64,000 nucleotides of DNA, taken from the NCBI GenBank assembly GCA_000165345.1, contig CM000436.1, positions 96,001 to 160,000 on the forward strand, in the 5' to 3' direction. The notes beneath the pieces were generated by a model that saw only the letters and a list, made by a program, of their open reading frames with translations, searched no databases and had not been told where the DNA came from. The position numbers and the translations under genes were made by a program. Positions 61,051 through 64,000 of this stretch are shown piece by piece. Every line of letters starts with the position of its first letter. Positions within the stretch are counted from its first letter, which is position 1.

Positions 61051-62568
61051 ATGGGCAGTAATTTGGATAATGACTTGAAAAAGAAATTACAGGTTTTTTT
61101 AGCCTCCCCCCTATGTAAAGAGTCTTATAATGAACTTTCTAATGTAATATCAATAATTGGTTTACTAGAATTATTACTTAATTCAAATACTATGGATGAC
61201 ATTACATTGATTACTGAAGTTTTAAAACGTTTGACTATATTAGGAGTATTGGACGATGCTATTTTTGATATTCCAAATTCTATAGAGATGTTAGAGAAAG
61301 GATCAAGATCACAAACGGAATGTATTAGATTACTGGTAGCTTTTATTTTAAATTCACTTTCTATGGATGAGTTAAAATGTAAAAAAGCTTGTGAAAAAGG
61401 ATTTTTTTCAGTATTGGGATTATTATTAAGAGATATAGATATATCAATAGGTGAGTCAGCATCAAAAACACTAAAATCTATTTCAAAAAGTAACCCGGAA
61501 TTTGTATATGATCAAAATTTAATAAATAAGTTATTGGAAAATTTTAAATCATTGAAAGATGAAACTAGATTGAGAATTATTGATACTTATATATCAATAG
61601 GTTCAGTTTCTGAAGATTTATTTAATAAATGTCAAGAAAAAGGTGAATTCTACTCACTAGCTTTAAAAGAATATTTTACAGAAGATATTTTGTTAAAACT
61701 AGTTTCAATGAAATTATTAGAAGATTTAGGTGAATATAATTGGGGAGTAAAGTTTATAATAAACAATTCAACTCCAGAATTATTAATTGATGATCTTAAT
61801 AATCCAATGTTTGATGATGAAATAAAAATTTCAATAGTATATTTATTGTCAAAGATGGTAAATAATAATCCAGAATTGTCACAAAAAATACTTACAATGT
61901 CAGGGAATTCATTTGTTCAAACTTTCAAGGAGTTTATGGGATCTTATAACAGCATAAGTTGTAGTGAAGATTATTTAAAATCGGTCTGTGCAATAAATTG
62001 TTGGGGATTATTTGCTTCTAATTTAATAAGTTTTCAAAATTTAATGAATGTTTGGGAAGATTCTTTTCACCTAATGCTCAAACTTGTCTCTAATTCAAAA
62101 TCAGAGATTTCTCTTTCTAGTTTGAATTCTTGGGTAACTTTCTTTGAGAGTAAGGATATAAATCAAATACTAAATCAAACAAAAACAACTTTTGGATTGA
62201 AACAAAGTATTGAAACCCAACTTTTACCTATAATTATTTCAGATTTAATTTCAAAACCTTTTCCTGAAAATAGAACATTAATTTACAAAATTTTAACATT
62301 AATGATACCTTATTTCTCAAACATAACATCGAATTTAATTTCAAATAGTAAAATTAGAGATATTTTGTTGAACCCAAATAGTGATTCAAATAAAGATATT
62401 CTATATATCAAATATGACCTTGTTAAGCAGATGGTAAAATACGATCAAAACACTATAAATAATATTCCTGATCCTAATTTCAGTTCATCTTTGCAAGAAT
62501 ACGTTAAAGTTGGACCATTTTATAAATCTAGCTCAGCAGAAATGCAAATACAAGACATAACTATGTAG
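61051..62568 (+). CDS. PSMD5/Hsm3-like proteasome assembly chaperone (ARM/HEAT-like), about 505 aa from first ATG
   Basis: Length and segmental similarity to PSMD5 (ETRLRIIDTYISIGSVSEDLF versus RYRVYELIIEISSVSPESL; C-terminal YVKVGPFYK versus YLSEGPYYVKP). The track start at 61033 is a TTG; the first ATG is 61051. Confidence 0.5.
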   Translation: MGSNLDNDLKKKLQVFLASPLCKESYNELSNVISIIGLLELLLNSNTMDDITLITEVLKRLTILGVLDDAIFDIPNSIEMLEKGSRSQTECIRLLVAFILNSLSMDELKCKKACEKGFFSVLGLLLRDIDISIGESASKTLKSISKSNPEFVYDQNLINKLLENFKSLKDETRLRIIDTYISIGSVSEDLFNKCQEKGEFYSLALKEYFTEDILLKLVSMKLLEDLGEYNWGVKFIINNSTPELLIDDLNNPMFDDEIKISIVYLLSKMVNNNPELSQKILTMSGNSFVQTFKEFMGSYNSISCSEDYLKSVCAINCWGLFASNLISFQNLMNVWEDSFHLMLKLVSNSKSEISLSSLNSWVTFFESKDINQILNQTKTTFGLKQSIETQLLPIIISDLISKPFPENRTLIYKILTLMIPYFSNITSNLISNSKIRDILLNPNSDSNKDILYIKYDLVKQMVKYDQNTINNIPDPNFSSSLQEYVKVGPFYKSSSAEMQIQDITM

Positions 62569-63163
62569 ATAATTTTTATTGCATATTTATATTTAATTAT
62601 TTTTTATTTCTTTTTTTTTTATTTATTTTTACCATTTTTTGTTGAAATCATTTTCATAATTCATTTTAATTTTTTTTTATTATAATAAAAATTTTGCATG
62701 TGGACAATATTTTGGTTAGTAAACACCGGTATATGCAATAATTAGAATTACGTGTAATACCGGCAAGTCAATAAAAAAGTAGATAATAATTGCGGAAAAA
62801 AAAAAATCATAATAATTTTCCATGTGTGAGGAACTAAAAAAAAATTTATAAAAAAGAAAAAAAGAATAATAAACAATAAATAAATAATAAAGTTAAAAGG
62901 AGTAGTAAATAAATATTTTATTTTTTACATAATAAATAAATTATTTTCTTCAATAAAAGGAAGGATTATTTGTTTATATTATCAATTTAATAAATTTAAT
63001 ACATAAAGTAATAAATATTAAACAAAAATAAAACAGTATTTAAAATATCACAATTAATCACAACATAATTCAAATATTTATATTATTATAAGTAAATTTA
63101 TGTGAATATACATAATTGTATATATTTATATATATGTACATTATATAACTTTAAATTTATATA

Positions 63164-63187
63164 ATATATATATATATATATATATAT
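63164..63187. repeat. (AT)12 microsatellite in the promoter of the terminal ORF
   Basis: Read directly. Confidence 0.8.
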
Positions 63188-63209
63188 TTCTATAAAGAAA
63201 TGAATAAAA

Positions 63210-64000
63210 ATGGGGAAAAAATTCAAAAGTTTGATTAAACAAGAAGATGTTCAAGAATGGGACTTCCAAAGTAAGTATTCAGAAAGTTCAATAAGACAAG
63301 TATTTTTATCTTATGATAAAAGTGTAGATGACCAATTAAGATTAATTGTTCAAACAAATGAGACATCATCAATAGAGATAATACAATTTTCTGATGAAAA
63401 CAAATTATATAGCAGAACATGGTGTCCACAAGAAAATAAAATAGAGGAAGAATTTGATTTTATGCAGATGTCGTCATGTTTATATACAAAGGATTATGTA
63501 TGTATAGGATTTTCAAATGGAAGTGTGAGATTATATAATTTTCCAAAATCTAAATCATCAAGGAATGAGGAATTAATAGAGAAAGATAGTGAAGATAAAA
63601 TTCATGATCATTATTATAATACAATGTTTGGAGATTCACAAGAGATGGAAGAAGATAATGAAAGTAGTAAATTTTGGTTAGACAATCCATCATTAAAGAA
63701 TTTACCTTCAAGACTGTTGATGAAACATATGGGATATCCAATATGTATTAAAGAAAGGAATGGTATTATTTATGTTCTATATGATGATGGAGCCTTAATG
63801 AGTACTAGTATTGAATCAAATATTGGTTACAATGTAATAAGATATGATAAATCTTTCCAGGGTGCTATAAACTTTTCATTGAATCCAGAAGGAGATAAGA
63901 TTGCAGTTTCAACAAGTAATAGAAAGTTAATAGTTTCAAGTTTGGAAATGAGAGAGCTAAATAAAAAGAATGATGATGGGATAAGAAATTGTAAACACTT
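63210..64000 (+). CDS. 3'-truncated ORF of at least 263 aa running off the window end; beta-propeller-like, possibly Elongator ELP1/IKI3 N-terminus
   Basis: Open frame from ATG 63210 to the window end with no stop, so it is absent from the ORF track. Repeated VxxDxxxxxIxVSTSNG-like strands. Weak similarity to the ELP1 N-terminus (FSNGSVRLYNF, ESSKFW). Product identity is of low confidence. Confidence 0.5.
   Translation, partial: MGKKFKSLIKQEDVQEWDFQSKYSESSIRQVFLSYDKSVDDQLRLIVQTNETSSIEIIQFSDENKLYSRTWCPQENKIEEEFDFMQMSSCLYTKDYVCIGFSNGSVRLYNFPKSKSSRNEELIEKDSEDKIHDHYYNTMFGDSQEMEEDNESSKFWLDNPSLKNLPSRLLMKHMGYPICIKERNGIIYVLYDDGALMSTSIESNIGYNVIRYDKSFQGAINFSLNPEGDKIAVSTSNRKLIVSSLEMRELNKKNDDGIRNCKH

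Noticed and set aside
63263-63275. GTAAGT at 63268 in the terminal ORF looked like a splice donor
   Set aside because: The reading frame stays open straight through it (…QSKYSES…) to the end of the window, and no matching acceptor or phase change is required. It is not an intron.
1-64000. Prokaryotic-type features: CRISPR arrays, IS elements, operons, defence islands, Shine-Dalgarno sites
   Set aside because: The sequence is eukaryotic, with introns that have GT-AG ends, eukaryote-specific genes and long 5' intergenic promoters. No direct-repeat/spacer arrays or transposase ORFs are present.

Overview
This 64 kb window is eukaryotic, not prokaryotic. It is AT-rich (about 30% GC) and gene-dense, uses the standard genetic code (TAA, TAG and TGA all terminate ORFs), and mostly encodes intron-less genes of 0.5–7 kb on both strands. 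Many proteins carry Asn/Ser/Lys-rich low-complexity inserts. Upstream regions repeatedly carry E2F-like GGCGCC/GGCGGG boxes and GCATGCA boxes. The gene content includes ribosomal proteins RPL9, RPL7a and RPL5, a histone deacetylase (HDAC) with ankyrin repeats, the centriolar protein SAS-6, and a secreted protein with thrombospondin type-1 (TSP1) domains. By inference from this content and the AT-rich, compact genome, the window is a chromosomal segment of a Cryptosporidium-like apicomplexan. No prokaryotic features such as CRISPR arrays, IS elements or operons are present.

I support about 28 protein-coding genes:
- RPL9
- two large low-complexity or coiled-coil hypothetical proteins
- RPL7a and RPL5 as a divergent pair
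- a DnaJ-domain protein
- CPSF73
- an MRG/Eaf3-like chromatin protein placed divergently to an ankyrin-repeat HDAC
- SAS-6
- two EF-hand proteins, one of them spliced
- a tRNA pseudouridine synthase (Pus/TruA)
- a secreted protein rich in Lys, Glu and Gly repeats
- a TSP1-domain secreted protein
- a 2352-aa low-complexity protein
- phosphatidylinositol synthase, with one 79-nt intron
- the proteasome subunit RPN2
- a UEV/MMS2 ubiquitin-conjugating-enzyme variant, with one 57-nt intron
- a divergent pair of paralogous alpha/beta-hydrolases
- RFC1
- a Tyr/Asn-rich secreted protein
- a PSMD5/Hsm3-like proteasome assembly chaperone
- a 3'-truncated beta-propeller-like ORF that runs off the end of the window.

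The items most worth a second look are:
- four short spliceosomal introns that the ORF track cannot show
- pervasive E2F-like boxes in promoters
- a recurrent ATACCGG(T/C)A motif, including a perfect 20-bp palindrome
- three ORF-free stretches of 1.7–2.4 kb with strand-biased composition, which are candidate non-coding transcripts
- the divergent MRG/HDAC and hydrolase/hydrolase gene pairs.

I found no tRNA or rRNA genes. Both strands were read for the T-loop GTTCRANYC signature and for snRNA conserved boxes, without success.
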